Assembly (NCBI GenBank): GCA_050084985.1
Contig: JBITNC010000001.1
Coordinates: 165,478,001 to 165,542,000 of the forward strand
Length of the DNA stretch: 64,000 bases
Direction: 5' to 3'
DNA from: Nageia nagi
Lineage: Eukaryota > Plantae > Pinophyta
Below the pieces are notes generated by a model. The model saw only the letters and a program-made list of their open reading frames with translations. It was not told where the DNA came from and ran no database searches. The stretch's first letter is position 1; each line of letters starts with the position of its first letter. The translations under genes and the position numbers were made by a program. Below, piece after piece: positions 63,183-64,000 of the stretch.

Positions 63183-64000
63183 GTCTTTTCTGGATCCCTA
63201 GGAATGTGAACCAACAAATTAAAACCCTCATGCGGAACTTTCCATGGTGTGGCAACTCAAAGGAAAGGAAAACCCACCTAGTACCCAAGTAGACTGTTTG
63301 TTCAGACTTGGAATTGGGAGGTTTGGGCATCAAAACTATTTGTATCATGACTATTGCCTTAATTGGCAGGCTAGAATGGCAGTGCTACAAACAATCTGAC
63401 TCCCGATGGAGCCAAGCATTTAGATCCAAATACTTAGATCACTTTTCTCCCCATAGAATTTTCACAGCAGTAAATCTTCCTTTCGATTCTATGATTTGGA
63501 ATGGATGAGGAAGGCCAGGGACCATATATCACATCTCTTGAAATGGGTCACTTTTGGAAAGATACATGGCTGTCAACAACGCCGCTAGCATAGTTAAACA
63601 AGTTCAAGTAGCTGCAAAACTTGCTCATCCAAATAAGAGGAGAACATTTTGTTGATTACATAGAATGGAGCAATGTTGATGGCCGACTGTTACCAAAATG
63701 GCGCAGTCTTGACATAATTCCTGAAGATCTTAGCGCTGAACAAAAGGCTCTAGAGTCCATGTTACTACTTTATAAGCTTACGCCAGATGAAGAAGACCAC
63801 CTCATCTAGGCCCCAACTTCGATGAGAGACTATACAGTTAGATCAGCGTACACCAATCTGGCTCCCCCTCTTCCTCCAGCTTGGCCTCTTATTGTTTGAA
63901 ACAAAATATGGAAATCAAAAGACTGGCACAAGGCCAGTTTCTTCTTACGGGCTGCCACACAGCAAATTCCTCTCCAACAAGCAATTATTCAAGAGAGGTT
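63183..64000 (+). mobile_element. LINE piece 4: post-RT region running toward the zf-RVT region, continues beyond the window
   Basis: ELGGLGIK, WSQAFRSKYL, FWKDTWL, YTVRSAY, IWKSK..KASFF. Confidence 0.88.

Overview
Eukaryotic plant nuclear DNA. It is AT-rich and dominated by transposable elements; the element types and CpG depletion suggest a large-genome seed plant, probably a gymnosperm (inference). There is one intact host gene, a 2-exon class I LBD/ASL transcription factor (14111-14953, 180 aa, LBD1/LBD11-like). A Tourist-like MITE lies upstream of it and a tRNA-derived SINE downstream. The rest is nested transposons. (1) A Tat/Ogre-type gypsy is split by an old Copia (2586-8464). (2) A non-autonomous gag-protease LTR element (17763-23068) has its pol replaced by an in-frame 30-bp (10-aa) repeat array. 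(3) A hAT remnant is followed by an L1-type LINE that is cut into four pieces by three insertions. Two of these (36867-55772 and 56504-63177) are related 6.7-9.6 kb TG..CA units with 5-bp TSDs, no internal LTR pair and no gag/pol. Each encodes a homologous ~1100-aa uncharacterised protein next to arrays of short motifs, so they may be giant ORF-bearing solo LTRs. (4) A young Copia (40718-50047, LTRs 493/500 identical) sits inside one of them. It carries a mosaic of PPR-motif fragments in its 5' leader and seven hairpins with compensatory substitutions in its 3' UTR. All alignments and counts were done by eye.
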